Assembly (NCBI GenBank): GCA_965228895.1 | Contig: OZ245842.1 | Coordinates: forward strand, 5,376,001 to 5,440,000 | Direction: 5' to 3' | DNA length: 64,000 bases | From: Alphaproteobacteria bacterium | Lineage (GTDB): Bacteria; Pseudomonadota; Alphaproteobacteria; SP197 | Shown here: piece after piece, positions 18,950-31,929 of the stretch | How the letters are laid out: each line of letters starts with the position of its first letter | How positions within the stretch are numbered: the stretch's first letter is position 1 | The notes under the pieces: generated by a model | The model's database searches: none | The model's input: the letters and a program-made list of their open reading frames with translations, nothing else | Told to the model about the DNA's origin: nothing | Program-made: the position numbers and the translations under genes

Positions 18950-20928
18950 GCCGGCTGGGCCGCCATCGCCTTGCGGCGGGCCGGTGCGCCGACCCGGTGA
19001 CGCCGGTCGGTCAGGCTGATAAGACCGCCGAACACCATGAAGATCGTCCCGCCCCAGATCCATGGCACCAGCGGGTTATGATAGAGGCGGACGGCGAAGG
19101 CGCCGGGATTGCTGGCGATGGGATCGCCGATCACCGCGTAGAGATCGGCAATGAACGTAGTGCGGATCGCGGCCTCCGTCGTCTGCATGCCTTGCACCGG
19201 ATAGAACCGCTTCTCCGGCGTCAGCGTGCCGAGCACCTCGCCCGAATGGGAGACCGTGAAGGTCGCGCGTTCGGCCAGATAGTTCGGGCCTGGGACATCG
19301 GCGACACCGTCCAGGGTGAAGCTGTATCCGGCGACGTCCTGGGTTTCGCCCGGCTTCATCGCGACGATGAGCTCGCTCTGCCAGGCGGTCGAGGCGGTGA
19401 CGCCGGCGACAAAGACCGCCAGGCCCAGATGGGAGAGCGTCATGCCATAGGCGGCCCGCGGCAGGTTGACGGCGCGGCGCCAGCTTTCGCTCGCCGTCAC
19501 CCGGCCGATACCGATACGTCCGGCGAACTCGACCAGAACGGCGCCGGCAAGCCAGACCGAAAGCGCGATGCCGAAGGCGGGCAAGGGCGAGGTATCGGTC
19601 ATCCACCACCATAAGGCTGCCCATGCGGCCAGTGCGATGACGGCGACGAACTTGAGCCGCGCCAGCACGCCCTTCAGGTCGCCGCGCTTCCAGGCCAGCA
19701 ACGGCCCGACCGCCGTCGCGATGATCAGCGGCACCATCAGCGGGATAAAGGTGATCTCAAAATACGGCGGGCCGACGCTCACCGTGCCGCCGCCCAGCGT
19801 AGCCAGGAACAGCGGATAGAGCGTGCCCAGAAAAACCGTGAAGCAGGCGGTCGCCAGCAGCAGATTGTTCAGGATCAGCGCGCCCTCGCGGCTGATCGGC
19901 GCGAACAGGCCTTCGGACTTCAGGCTTGGCGCGCGCCAAGCATAAAGGGCAAGAGAACCGCCGATCGCGATGACCAGCAGCGCAAGGATATAGACACCGC
20001 GCGCGGGGTCGGTGGCGAAAGCGTGCACGCTGGTCAGGACGCCGGAGCGCACCAGGAAGGTGCCGAGGAGCGACAGCGAAAAGGCGACAATGGCGAGCAA
20101 AATGGTCCAGCTTTTCAGCGCGTTGCGCTTCTCGCAGACAATCGCCGAATGCAGCAGCGCGGTGCCGGCGAGCCACGGCATGAAGGACGCGTTCTCCACG
20201 GGGTCCCAGAACCACCAGCCGCCCCAGCCGAGTTCGTAATAGGCCCACCAACTGCCCAAAGCGATGCCCAGGGTGAGCGTCGTCCACGCGGCGAGCGTCC
20301 AGGGCCTAACCCATCGCGCCCATGCCGCGTCGACGCGGCCTTCCAGGAGCGCGGCGACGGCGAAGGAAAACGCCATCGAAAAACCGACATAGCCCAAATA
20401 GAGGAACGGTGGATGGAAGGCCAGGCCCGGGTCTTGCAGCAGCGGGTTCAGGTCGCGGCCGTCAAGCGGGACAGGGTCCATGCGCAGGAACGGGTTCGAC
20501 GTGAAGATGGAGAATGACAGGAAACCGACGGCAATCATCGCCTGAACCGCGAGCACGCGGGCCCGAAGCGTCGCCGGCAGGTTGCCGCCGAAAAACACCA
20601 CCGCCAGACCGAACAGCGCCAGGATCAGGACCCACAGCACCAGCGAACCTTCGTGGTTTCCCCAGACGCCCGTCACCTTGTAGAGCATGGGTTTGAGCGA
20701 GTGGGAGTTCTCATAGACGTTAGCGACGGAAAAGTCGGACGTCACATAGGCGTAGGTCAGCGCCATGAAGGCGATGGCGATCAGCGTGAACTGAATCATC
20801 GCCGCCCACGACCCCAGACCCATCCAGCCAATGTTGCCGCGCTGCGCGCCGATCAGCGGCAGGCTCGCCTGCACGACCGCGACGACCAGGGCCATGACCA
20901 AACAGAAGTGACCGATTTCGGCAATCAC
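18946..20928 (-). CDS. ccmF: Heme lyase CcmF
   Basis: WGNHEGS, HPPFLYLGY, WAYYELGWGGWWFWDPVEN, SVHAF. Confidence 0.97.
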   Translation of the reverse strand: MIAEIGHFCLVMALVVAVVQASLPLIGAQRGNIGWMGLGSWAAMIQFTLIAIAFMALTYAYVTSDFSVANVYENSHSLKPMLYKVTGVWGNHEGSLVLWVLILALFGLAVVFFGGNLPATLRARVLAVQAMIAVGFLSFSIFTSNPFLRMDPVPLDGRDLNPLLQDPGLAFHPPFLYLGYVGFSMAFSFAVAALLEGRVDAAWARWVRPWTLAAWTTLTLGIALGSWWAYYELGWGGWWFWDPVENASFMPWLAGTALLHSAIVCEKRNALKSWTILLAIVAFSLSLLGTFLVRSGVLTSVHAFATDPARGVYILALLVIAIGGSLALYAWRAPSLKSEGLFAPISREGALILNNLLLATACFTVFLGTLYPLFLATLGGGTVSVGPPYFEITFIPLMVPLIIATAVGPLLAWKRGDLKGVLARLKFVAVIALAAWAALWWWMTDTSPLPAFGIALSVWLAGAVLVEFAGRIGIGRVTASESWRRAVNLPRAAYGMTLSHLGLAVFVAGVTASTAWQSELIVAMKPGETQDVAGYSFTLDGVADVPGPNYLAERATFTVSHSGEVLGTLTPEKRFYPVQGMQTTEAAIRTTFIADLYAVIGDPIASNPGAFAVRLYHNPLVPWIWGGTIFMVFGGLISLTDRRHRVGAPARRKAMAAQPA

Positions 20929-21377
20929 GGCGATCCGTCCTCCGCATGTTGCCAGAAACCCTGTTCCTTCAGCGCGTCGGCAACCTCTTTCGGCATGTAG
21001 TTTTCGTCGTGTTTCGCGAGAACTTCGCTGGCGATGAACATGCCCTCTTCGCCATGCGCTCCCGTCACGATGATGCCCTGGCCTTCGCGAAACAAGTCCG
21101 GCAGGACGCCGGTATAGCTAACGGCGATCACCGCGCCGCCATCGGTAATGGCAAATTCGGTGGTCACGCCGTCGTCGGCCTGTACGACGCTGCCACCTTC
21201 GACCAGGCCACCCAGGCGGACCCGCGTGCCGGTATCGAGATCGGCGTCGACCAGGTCGGAAGGGCTATAGAAGTTATCGACCTTGTCGGAAAACGCGAGC
21301 AGGCCCAGGGCCACGGCACCGGCCAGGCACACGAAGCCGCCCGCCACCAGGATCATCCGCCGTTGCTTGCGTTTCAC
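20925..21377 (-). CDS. ccmE: Heme chaperone CcmE
   Basis: LPDLFREGQG, LAKHDENY. Confidence 0.96.
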   Translation of the reverse strand: MKRKQRRMILVAGGFVCLAGAVALGLLAFSDKVDNFYSPSDLVDADLDTGTRVRLGGLVEGGSVVQADDGVTTEFAITDGGAVIAVSYTGVLPDLFREGQGIIVTGAHGEEGMFIASEVLAKHDENYMPKEVADALKEQGFWQHAEDGSP

Positions 21378-21526
21378 CGCTCGTTCTCTCCGGTCCGTTC
21401 TTGTTCCAGGCGCGCCAGTTCGGCGCGGCGTCGGCGCAGGCTGGTCAAGCTGGCGACAAGCAAGCCGATCAGGATCACCGCGGCGACGCCATAGGCCGGC
21501 CAGATAAAAACGGCATGTTCGCCCAT
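21374..21526 (-). CDS. ccmD: Heme exporter protein CcmD
   Basis: Below the ORF-track cutoff. Manual translation MGEHAVFIWPAYGVAAVILIGLLVASLTSLRRRRAELARLEQ...; stop overlaps the ccmE GTG. Confidence 0.88.
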   Translation of the reverse strand: MGEHAVFIWPAYGVAAVILIGLLVASLTSLRRRRAELARLEQERTGENER

Positions 21527-21639
21527 GGCGACCAATCCCTGCCTTTTCCGCTCAGTCAGTCTTTACCAGATCAACCAATCCCGCCGGCCTCACGGTGTCG
21601 CGAGCCGCGCGTTTGATATAGGGCGCAAGACGGTGGCGC

Positions 21640-22374
21640 TCAACTGGTTCCGGCACGCGCGCGTTGTAACACTTCGATGCGCCGGGCCAGCAGTTCCGCG
21701 CGAATGCGGATCAACAGCAAGACAACGTAAAGCGCCGTGAACCCGACCGCCATGACCAGAAGCGGCGTCAGCATGCTCGAATGGATGGTCGGGCCATCCA
21801 GGCGGAACACGCTCGCCGGTTGGTGCAGGGTGTTCCACCAGTCGACGGAAAACTTGATAATCGGCAGGTTGACGGCGCCGACGATGGCCAGAATCGCCGC
21901 CGCCCGACCGCCGCGCTGGCTGTCGTCGAAGGCGTGGCTGAGCGCTATGTAGCCGAGATAGAAGAAAAACAGGATGAGGACCGAGGTCAGCCGGGCATCC
22001 CATTCCCACCAGGTGCCCCAGGTCGGTATGCCCCACAGGCTGCCGGTGATCAGCGCGATGGCGGTGAAGCTGGCGCCGATCGGTGCTGAGGCACGCGCCG
22101 CAAGGTCGGCGAGCTGGTGTTTCCAGATCAGGAACGAGGCTGAAAACAACGCCATCACGGCATAACACAACATCGCCATCCAGGCCGCCGGCACGTGGAT
22201 ATACATGATCCGGACGCTCTCGCCCTGCTGGTAGTCGGCGGGCGAAGCGATCAGAGCGCCATAGAGGCCATAGCCGATGCAGGCCACAGCGATGACCACC
22301 GCAAACGGCAGAATCCGGGCGCTCAGGCGCTGGAACCGCGCGGGACTGGCGAGCAGGTGAAGTGGGTTGGCCAC
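21640..22374 (-). CDS. ccmC: Heme exporter protein CcmC
   Basis: YIHVP, WGIPTWGTWWEWDARLT, WWNTLHQ. Confidence 0.96.
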   Translation of the reverse strand: MANPLHLLASPARFQRLSARILPFAVVIAVACIGYGLYGALIASPADYQQGESVRIMYIHVPAAWMAMLCYAVMALFSASFLIWKHQLADLAARASAPIGASFTAIALITGSLWGIPTWGTWWEWDARLTSVLILFFFYLGYIALSHAFDDSQRGGRAAAILAIVGAVNLPIIKFSVDWWNTLHQPASVFRLDGPTIHSSMLTPLLVMAVGFTALYVVLLLIRIRAELLARRIEVLQRARAGTS

Positions 22375-22435
22375 GGGTTTCTATGTTCCGCTCGAAAATG
22401 GCGACATCGTGTTCCTCGCGCCCATATACCAGTTC

Positions 22436-23101
22436 CTATTCCAGGGCCAAGCGTAACGCGGCAGCCGTCGCGAACGGCGTCAGCGGTATGGCGGCTAGAA
22501 GAAAGGCGCCGAGGATCAAGAGCGGCGGTCCAGCGTCCAGACCGAAGATGGTCGCTTCGATGGCGCTGGAACCAAAGATCAGGATGGGAATGAACAACGG
22601 CAGCACGATCAGGCTGGACAGCACCCCGCCGCGCCGCGCGCCCAGGGTCAACGCCGCCCCGATCGCGCCGATCAGGCTAAGCGTCGGCGTGCCCAACGCC
22701 ATTGCGGCGATCAGCACGGGCCAGGTCTCGATCTCCAACTGCATCATCAGCGCCAGGAACGGCGCGGCGATGGTGAGCGGCAGGCCGGTGCTGAGCCAGT
22801 GCGCCAGCGCCTTGGCGAGCACCGTCATTTCCAGCGGCATGGGTGCCAAGGCCATGAGGTCGAGGGATCCGTCCTCGTGATCGGCACGGAACAGGCGGTC
22901 GAGCGAGAGCGTCGCGGCGAGCAACGCGGCGACCCACAGGACACCCGGCGCGATGCGCGCCAGGACTTCCCGTTCCGGACCAATGCCGAGCGGAAAGAGC
23001 GCGACGGCGATCAGGAAGAACATGATGGTGAGGAGGGCCTCGCCGCCGCGTCGGAAGGCGAGACTGACATCGCGGACGATGATGGCGGTGAAAGCGTTCA
23101 T
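22436..23101 (-). CDS. ccmB: Heme exporter permease CcmB
   Basis: LFPLGIGP, DHEDGSLD, LPLFIPILIFG. Confidence 0.95.
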   Translation of the reverse strand: MNAFTAIIVRDVSLAFRRGGEALLTIMFFLIAVALFPLGIGPEREVLARIAPGVLWVAALLAATLSLDRLFRADHEDGSLDLMALAPMPLEMTVLAKALAHWLSTGLPLTIAAPFLALMMQLEIETWPVLIAAMALGTPTLSLIGAIGAALTLGARRGGVLSSLIVLPLFIPILIFGSSAIEATIFGLDAGPPLLILGAFLLAAIPLTPFATAAALRLALE

Positions 23102-23739
23102 GGCGACTCGCCCAGATCCAGATGGCGCGCGCCGGGCGCGTCGAAAGCATCATGTGTCGCGGCAATCACCATACCGCCGGCCTCGCGGTGGTCGGCGACC
23201 ATGCGCGACAGGCGCGTCACCGAGTCGGCGTCCAAGGTCACGGTCGGTTCGTCCAACAGCCACACCTGGCCAGGACAAGCGGCAAGCCGCGCCAGCGCCA
23301 GGCGCCTCCGCTGGCCCGCCGAGAGCATGAGGGCCGGCAAGTCAGCCAGGCGTTCCAACCCCATGGCGGTCAGGCCGCGCGCCGTTGCGTCGCGGGGCGT
23401 GCCGTCATAGAGCCGGGTCCAGAAGGCGAGGTTCTGCTCGACCGTCAGCATCGGCTTCACCGCGTTGTCATGGGCCAGCAACCGCACGGCGCTGCGCCAG
23501 GCTTCGCGGTCTTTCTCGATCGGCTCACCGCGCCACACGATATCCCCGCCCGTCGCCGGTAAATGGCCGGCCACAAGGCGCAGCAAGGACGTCTTGCCGC
23601 TGCCGTTGGGGCCGCGCAGGATCAGCGCATCGCCGGGCGCCAAATCGAACGAGAGCCCTGAAAACAGCAGGCGTCCGCCACGTTCGCAGACGAGATTGCG
23701 GGCCGAAAGGCCCGCATTGGGAATATGACTGTCGCTCAT
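23098..23739 (-). CDS. ccmA: Heme ABC exporter ATPase CcmA
   Basis: GPNGSGKT, LSAGQRRR, WLLDEP. Confidence 0.95.
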   Translation of the reverse strand: MSDSHIPNAGLSARNLVCERGGRLLFSGLSFDLAPGDALILRGPNGSGKTSLLRLVAGHLPATGGDIVWRGEPIEKDREAWRSAVRLLAHDNAVKPMLTVEQNLAFWTRLYDGTPRDATARGLTAMGLERLADLPALMLSAGQRRRLALARLAACPGQVWLLDEPTVTLDADSVTRLSRMVADHREAGGMVIAATHDAFDAPGARHLDLGESP

Positions 23740-23850
23740 TATCGGCGCACTCTACAGCCGCCAATCTGGCCGCGTAAGTTTTCAAGACGGCCCTTGAAAA
23801 GAAAGAGATTGCTTTATAAACTCGGTGGCTCAGCCTGGAGGATGCGAACG

Positions 23851-25434
23851 ATGGCACAAGGTTGGACGCGTGCGGTTTCCGTTGCCGAGCTGGAGGACAA
23901 GGGCCGCACGGTGTACCGCCAGGACGGCCGCCAGATCGCGCTCTTTAAGACCGAGCGCGGCATCTTCGCCTGCAACAACCGCTGTCCACACGAGGGCTAT
24001 CCGCTGCGCGAAGGCACCCTCGACAAGGACTGCAAGCTCACCTGCAACTGGCATAACTGGAAGTTCGACCTGGAGACCGGCGAGAACCAGCGCGACGGCG
24101 ATAAGTTGCGCGTCTATCCGGTCGAGCTACGCGACGGCGAGGTGTGGATTGAGATCGTCGATCCGCCGTTCGACGAGCGCAAGGCCAAGACCATGGACGG
24201 TCTTCAGCAGGGCTTCATCGATCACGACTACGAACGGATCGCGCGCGAGATCGCGCGGCTGCGGCAGATCGGCGCCGATCCGCTGGACGGCATGAGCGCG
24301 GCCATCGGCTGGTCCCATGACCGCATGGAGTTCGGCTGGACCCATGCCTATGCCGGTGCCGCCGACTGGCTGACGCTTTACGACGAACATGGCAACGATC
24401 CGGAAACCCAGTTGATCTGCGCGCTCGAATCGATCGGTCACATGGCCGACGACGTGCTGCGCGAGCCCGTCTATCCGTTCGCCGAGGGGGCGGAGGAATG
24501 GGACGAGGAGGGTTTTGTCCGGGCGGTCGAGATCGAGGACGAACCGAAGGCGATTCGTATGGTGCGCGGCGCGCTGCGAGCCGGTCTCGGCTTTGCCGAT
24601 TTGGAACGCGGCCTGACTCGTGCGGCACTCGCCCACTACAACGCCTTCGGCCATTCGCTGATCTATGTGCCCAAGGCCGGCAAGCTGATCGAGCGCCTGG
24701 GCGACCATGTCGCGGAACCCGTGCTGCTCTCCCTGGTGCGCGAAATCGTCCAGGCCTTCCGCGAAGACCTGATACCGGAGTTTCGTAGCTATGCCGGCGC
24801 GCTCGAGGCCTTCGGGACGAAGACGAACGGCAAAGCGCCGACCGCTGACGATTTCGTCGGGCTGAACGTGAAGAAGGCGATGAAACTTGCCGCCGAGCAC
24901 GGATCGGCGCCGCCGATGGATCTCTATCGCTCGCTGCTTGAAGCCAACGCGCGCAACATGCTGACCTTCGACCTGAAGCACCAGGACGATCTCGACGTGC
25001 CGTTCGGCGGCGAGAAGGGCTGGCTTGATGTGACCCACGGTCTGACCTTCGCCAACGCGGTGCGGACCCAGTGCAGCAAGTACCCGGAGCTGTGGCCGAA
25101 TGGCCTCTTGCAGATGGCCTGTTTCAGCGGCCGCAACGCCGGCATTGCCGATGTCGATCTTGACCCCGACGATTGGCGGGTGCCCGACGCCGACCGTTTC
25201 TTCGACGATGCCGGCGAGCACCTCTTCAACCATCACCAGGACGAATACATCGTCTCCGTGCATCTGGTGAAAACGGCGATGGCAGTGCGCGACGAAGTGC
25301 GCTCAGGCGAAACGGGTGAAGGCGGTGACCTGGCGCTGGCCAGCATCAACCGGCTGCTGCAGTCGCCGCTCTTCATCAAGCGGCCCCGGCGCACGGCGCG
25401 TCAGGCACTGCGTTTCATCGAGGTCGATATCTAG
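23851..25434 (+). CDS. Rieske [2Fe-2S] domain fused to a large uncharacterised C-terminal region
   Basis: NRCPHEG...CNWHNWKF at the N-terminus; GGAGG upstream of ATG 23851. Confidence 0.82.
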   Translation: MAQGWTRAVSVAELEDKGRTVYRQDGRQIALFKTERGIFACNNRCPHEGYPLREGTLDKDCKLTCNWHNWKFDLETGENQRDGDKLRVYPVELRDGEVWIEIVDPPFDERKAKTMDGLQQGFIDHDYERIAREIARLRQIGADPLDGMSAAIGWSHDRMEFGWTHAYAGAADWLTLYDEHGNDPETQLICALESIGHMADDVLREPVYPFAEGAEEWDEEGFVRAVEIEDEPKAIRMVRGALRAGLGFADLERGLTRAALAHYNAFGHSLIYVPKAGKLIERLGDHVAEPVLLSLVREIVQAFREDLIPEFRSYAGALEAFGTKTNGKAPTADDFVGLNVKKAMKLAAEHGSAPPMDLYRSLLEANARNMLTFDLKHQDDLDVPFGGEKGWLDVTHGLTFANAVRTQCSKYPELWPNGLLQMACFSGRNAGIADVDLDPDDWRVPDADRFFDDAGEHLFNHHQDEYIVSVHLVKTAMAVRDEVRSGETGEGGDLALASINRLLQSPLFIKRPRRTARQALRFIEVDI

Positions 25435-25481
25435 GCTTCCGCGTGTCAGGCTGAACGTCGCCAAAGAGGAACGCTCAGCCC

Positions 25482-26096
25482 ATGGGTTTCTACGCGCGGC
25501 GGATCGTGCCGTGGATGATCGACAAGGTGATGACCGGCGATGTGGTCGAGGCCGACCGTGCGGTCATCGTGCCGCGTGCATCCGGCGAGGTGCTGGAGCT
25601 CGGCATGGGCTCGGGCCACAATCTCGGCTTCTACGGTCCCGACGTGAAGGCGCTCCATGCGGTCGAACCGTCGGCCGAGCTGGCTGCCATGGCGCGCCAA
25701 CGCACAAGTGAGGTGGCGTTCCCCGTCGAGATCGCCGAAGTCTCAGCCGAGACCATGCCGTTTGACAACAACAGCTTTGATTCAGCGGTCGTGACCTGGG
25801 CGCTCTGCTCGATTCCCGACATGGCGACAGCACTGGCAGAAGTGCGTCGTGTTCTGAGGCCGGGCGGTGCGCTGCACTTCGTCGAGCATGGTCTGGCGCC
25901 GGAGGTCTCGGTCGCGCGCTGGCAGAACCGGCTCAACCCGCTCTGGCGTCCGTTCTCGGGCGGCTGCAACATGAACCGTCCCATGGATAGCGAGATCGAG
26001 GCATCCGGCTTCCGCATCGATGACGCGAACAACGGTTATGTCGAAGGACCACGCATCCTCTCCTACACCTACCGTGGCAGCGCGCGGCCGATCTAG
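25482..26096 (+). CDS. Class I SAM-dependent methyltransferase
   Basis: VLELGMGSG, FDSAVVTWALCSI, VLRPGG..FVEHG. Confidence 0.9.
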   Translation: MGFYARRIVPWMIDKVMTGDVVEADRAVIVPRASGEVLELGMGSGHNLGFYGPDVKALHAVEPSAELAAMARQRTSEVAFPVEIAEVSAETMPFDNNSFDSAVVTWALCSIPDMATALAEVRRVLRPGGALHFVEHGLAPEVSVARWQNRLNPLWRPFSGGCNMNRPMDSEIEASGFRIDDANNGYVEGPRILSYTYRGSARPI

Positions 26097-26671
26097 CTCG
26101 GCGGCACGACGATCAGACGACCGGCGAGTTCGGTGTCGGGACGGTGGGCTGCCAGATAAGCGATGGCGCCGCCGAGATCGGCCTTCTCAGGCTCCAGCGG
26201 CGCGACGGCGTAGGTCAGCGTGATGTGGCCCTCGTGGCGCGCCACGCGCTGACGGCAGGCGGAAAGGCGCTCTTCGATGGCGGCGAGGTCGTTTTGCGCG
26301 GTGCCGCGGGTATCGGCCAGGATCAGGACGCCGTGACCCCGGCTCCGCATGACCGGCAGCGCGGCGTCGATCAACCGGTCCTCGCCGTCGGGATCACTGT
26401 GCGGCAGGACCAGGACATCAACACCGCCGCAAGTCCGGTTGATGGTGTCGACGGTCGCCTGGGCGGTCGTCGCGTCGAAACCCTCGACGACCTGGACGGC
26501 CGCCGTGCCCCAGCTCTTGCGCAGGTCGCTCGCCGCCCGGTCGGCGGCCTCGGCGTCCTTGTCGATCAGGACCACGGTGGCGCCCGCCTTGGCCAGAGGC
26601 CGCGCGATCGCCTGCCCGGCTTCGCTACCCCCTTCCAAGATTACCGCGACGCGGCCGTCTAACTGTTCCAT
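26093..26671 (-). CDS. Degenerate, shortened SDR-fold protein
   Basis: LDGRVAVILEGGSEAGQAIA resembles an SDR N-terminus; GGVDVLV present; no YxxxK visible. Confidence 0.6.
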   Translation of the reverse strand: MEQLDGRVAVILEGGSEAGQAIARPLAKAGATVVLIDKDAEAADRAASDLRKSWGTAAVQVVEGFDATTAQATVDTINRTCGGVDVLVLPHSDPDGEDRLIDAALPVMRSRGHGVLILADTRGTAQNDLAAIEERLSACRQRVARHEGHITLTYAVAPLEPEKADLGGAIAYLAAHRPDTELAGRLIVVPPS

Positions 26672-26825
26672 CTGCGCCTCCTGTCGCCGGCTATTCGGAC
26701 AGGTCCATCAAGCGGGGTCAACGTGCATTTGAATTTGATGTATACGCTGCACTGCACCATGTGATCACGAGGGGGCGCTGTTGCGCGCGGCGCCGACTCA
26801 TATCTTTCGCCCTGGGAGAACGATC

Positions 26826-29494
<2,669 letters not shown>

Positions 29495-29498
<4 letters not shown>

Positions 29499-30049
29499 CA
29501 TCGTTCGCCGTTGTCTTGAGCGGCCTGCCGGCCAGCGGCAAGACGACGCTGGGCCGCGCGATCGCCGATGCCTTGGATCTTCCCTATCTCGACAAGGATG
29601 AGTTTCTCGAGTGTCTCTTCGACAGCGAAGGCGTAGGCGACGGTGCGCGCCGCCAACAGTTGAGCCGACAGAGCGATGCGGCTTTTCAGGAGGCGGCCGA
29701 AGCATTGGACGCTGCCGTCCTGATCTCCCACTGGCGTCCGCGTGGCGGTCCCGACGACACGGGCACCCCGACGGTTTGGCTCGGCGAGACCTACGACACC
29801 ATTGTCGAGGTACACTGCGTTTGCTCCCCGGAATGCGCCGCCCAACGTTTTTTGGCGCGGGAACGCCATCCCGGACACTTGGACACGGCGAGAGACGCCG
29901 ATCAAACGGTGCGACGTATGCGTCGCCTGGCGGAGGGTTACCCGTTAGGCCTCGGGGAATTGATCAACGTGAAGGCAGGCGGCCCGATCGACCAGGCAGC
30001 AGTCATCAAGTTCATCAAAGTGTGGCTTGCGAACTCTGAATTGCAGTAG
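29495..30049 (+). CDS. P-loop kinase/AAA_33-like protein
   Basis: [10 protein letters not shown]; GTG start overlaps the acnA stop. Confidence 0.8.
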
Positions 30050-30161
30050 CTGTATGGTTGTACAACCCTATTTTTCTGGCCAGGATTAAGATTGTCGAGC
30101 GCGCTTGCGCGGCCAGGCCTGCGTGATCGCGGACAGCGATGAGACCCAGCACGACCGCCGG

Positions 30162-31907
30162 ATGCCGGAGTTTGAACGCAAGCTGACCACTATTCTTGCC
30201 GCCGATGTCGTGGCGTTTTCCGACATGATGGGGCGTGACGAGACCGGCACGCTTCGCGCGCTCAAGCAATATCGCGAACTCATCGAGACCTGCATCGGCA
30301 AGTACCAAGGCCGCGTGTTTGGCGGAGCCGGCGACTCCTTGATTGCGGAGTTTGGCAGCCCGCTAACAGCCGTGCATTGCGCCAAAGAGTTTCAGGAGCG
30401 TGTCGCCGATCTCAATCGCGAGACACCGGAACAACAGCGCATGTGGTTTCGCGTCGGTATCAATCTGGGTGATGTCCTGATCGACGGTGAGAACCTCTAT
30501 GGCGATGGCGTGAATGTCGCGGCGCGCGTTGAACAGGAGGGAGAGCCCGGCGGCATCTGCATCTCTCACAAAGTACACGGTGAGGTTCACCGCAATCTCG
30601 ACCTGGCCTTTTCCGACGGCGGTCTTCAAACACTGAAGAACATCGATCAGCCCATCGGCATTTTCCATGTGCGCCCGGCGAGCCAGGACTCAGACGTACG
30701 TCCACCGAGCCGGGAACGCGACAACCGCCGGCCAACATCCAACCACCGCACAAAATCGAGCACGTCCAATCCGACCGTGATCGTTCGCGACTTCAAGGTG
30801 GCCGGCGCCGATGATGCCATGTTTCTAGCCGACGGACTCCGAGAAGGACTGATCAACAGCTTGAGCCGACACGCGGCCATCGATGTGATTCGTCACGAGC
30901 CGCACGGCGAACGCGCGGTCGATTTCTCGCTTGAAGCCTCTGTACGAGGGCATGGGGCGCGCGTGCGCATCATCTTCAACCTGATCGACGTCGTGACGAA
31001 CAGTCAGGTCTGGAGCGAGCGTTATGACCGACAGTTGGAAGACACCCTCGATATCGAGGAGGAGATTGCGCGTGCCGTCGCCGCCGCGGTCCGCGTCAAG
31101 TTAAAGGCCGTCATCTTCGAGCGTCTTCGTGAAACCGACAACAAAGAGCTTTCGGTGCAAGACCTCCTGGACAAGGCCGCCGGCTTCTTCGTCACGGGAC
31201 CCGGCAACGACCATTTGGCAGAAGCGGCGTTGCGCACCGCGCTGGTGCATGAGCCGGACAGTTCCATGGCCGCGGCGATGCTGGGACTCGCCATGCTCCG
31301 CGGATTTGAGTATTCGCCGCTGGCTCTCTCGACCGAGACATTCGATGAGATCACTGGTCTCGCGGAACGGGCCGTCGCGGCGAATGCCGAGAGCTATTTT
31401 GCGCACCTCGTCGCCGGCATGGCGTTGCAGGATCTTCACGGTGATTTTGGGCGGGCCTTGCGGCATGCCCAGGCGTCTCTCGAGCTAAACCCGGAACTCT
31501 TGGGCGCTCATGGTTTGGTCGGCATTTGTCAGTGTCATCTTGGGGATCCCGCCGCCGGTATCGCAATCCTGGAGCGGACGCTCAGTACCAGTCGGGAAGA
31601 TCCTCACCGTTTCCGCCATATGCGCGAGCTGGCGATCGCACATTTCGTTGATGGCAACGTTGCCGCAGCGACCAATCTTATGGGCCAATTGGTCGAAAGC
31701 GAGCCGCGCATGGATCGCAACAGACCCGTCCAGGCATCGCTCCTTTGGCTTAAAGGCGACACGGCTGAAGCCGTCGCCGCAACCCGTCGGCTGCGCGACG
31801 AGTATGCCGGATTATCACTGGCGACCATGCGCCCTGTACGCTTCGGCCAGGCCGATGTTGCCGCGCGGTTTGGCGAGGCGCTTGCGGCTCTCGGATTGAG
31901 CCGGTGA
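30162..31907 (+). CDS. Class III adenylate/guanylate cyclase domain + TolB-like + TPR protein
   Basis: TILAADVVAFS, AGDSLIAEF, RVGINLGDV, YGDGVNVAAR, VWSERYDR, helical TPR tail. Confidence 0.88.
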   Translation: MPEFERKLTTILAADVVAFSDMMGRDETGTLRALKQYRELIETCIGKYQGRVFGGAGDSLIAEFGSPLTAVHCAKEFQERVADLNRETPEQQRMWFRVGINLGDVLIDGENLYGDGVNVAARVEQEGEPGGICISHKVHGEVHRNLDLAFSDGGLQTLKNIDQPIGIFHVRPASQDSDVRPPSRERDNRRPTSNHRTKSSTSNPTVIVRDFKVAGADDAMFLADGLREGLINSLSRHAAIDVIRHEPHGERAVDFSLEASVRGHGARVRIIFNLIDVVTNSQVWSERYDRQLEDTLDIEEEIARAVAAAVRVKLKAVIFERLRETDNKELSVQDLLDKAAGFFVTGPGNDHLAEAALRTALVHEPDSSMAAAMLGLAMLRGFEYSPLALSTETFDEITGLAERAVAANAESYFAHLVAGMALQDLHGDFGRALRHAQASLELNPELLGAHGLVGICQCHLGDPAAGIAILERTLSTSREDPHRFRHMRELAIAHFVDGNVAAATNLMGQLVESEPRMDRNRPVQASLLWLKGDTAEAVAATRRLRDEYAGLSLATMRPVRFGQADVAARFGEALAALGLSR

Positions 31908-31929
31908 TCCTGGATAGCGTCAAGCAGGG

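Noticed and set aside
30162-31907. Cyclic-nucleotide anti-phage system (Pycsar/CBASS-like)
   Set aside because: The cyclase-TolB-TPR architecture is a common alphaproteobacterial signalling type, and no cNMP-binding effector gene is adjacent.
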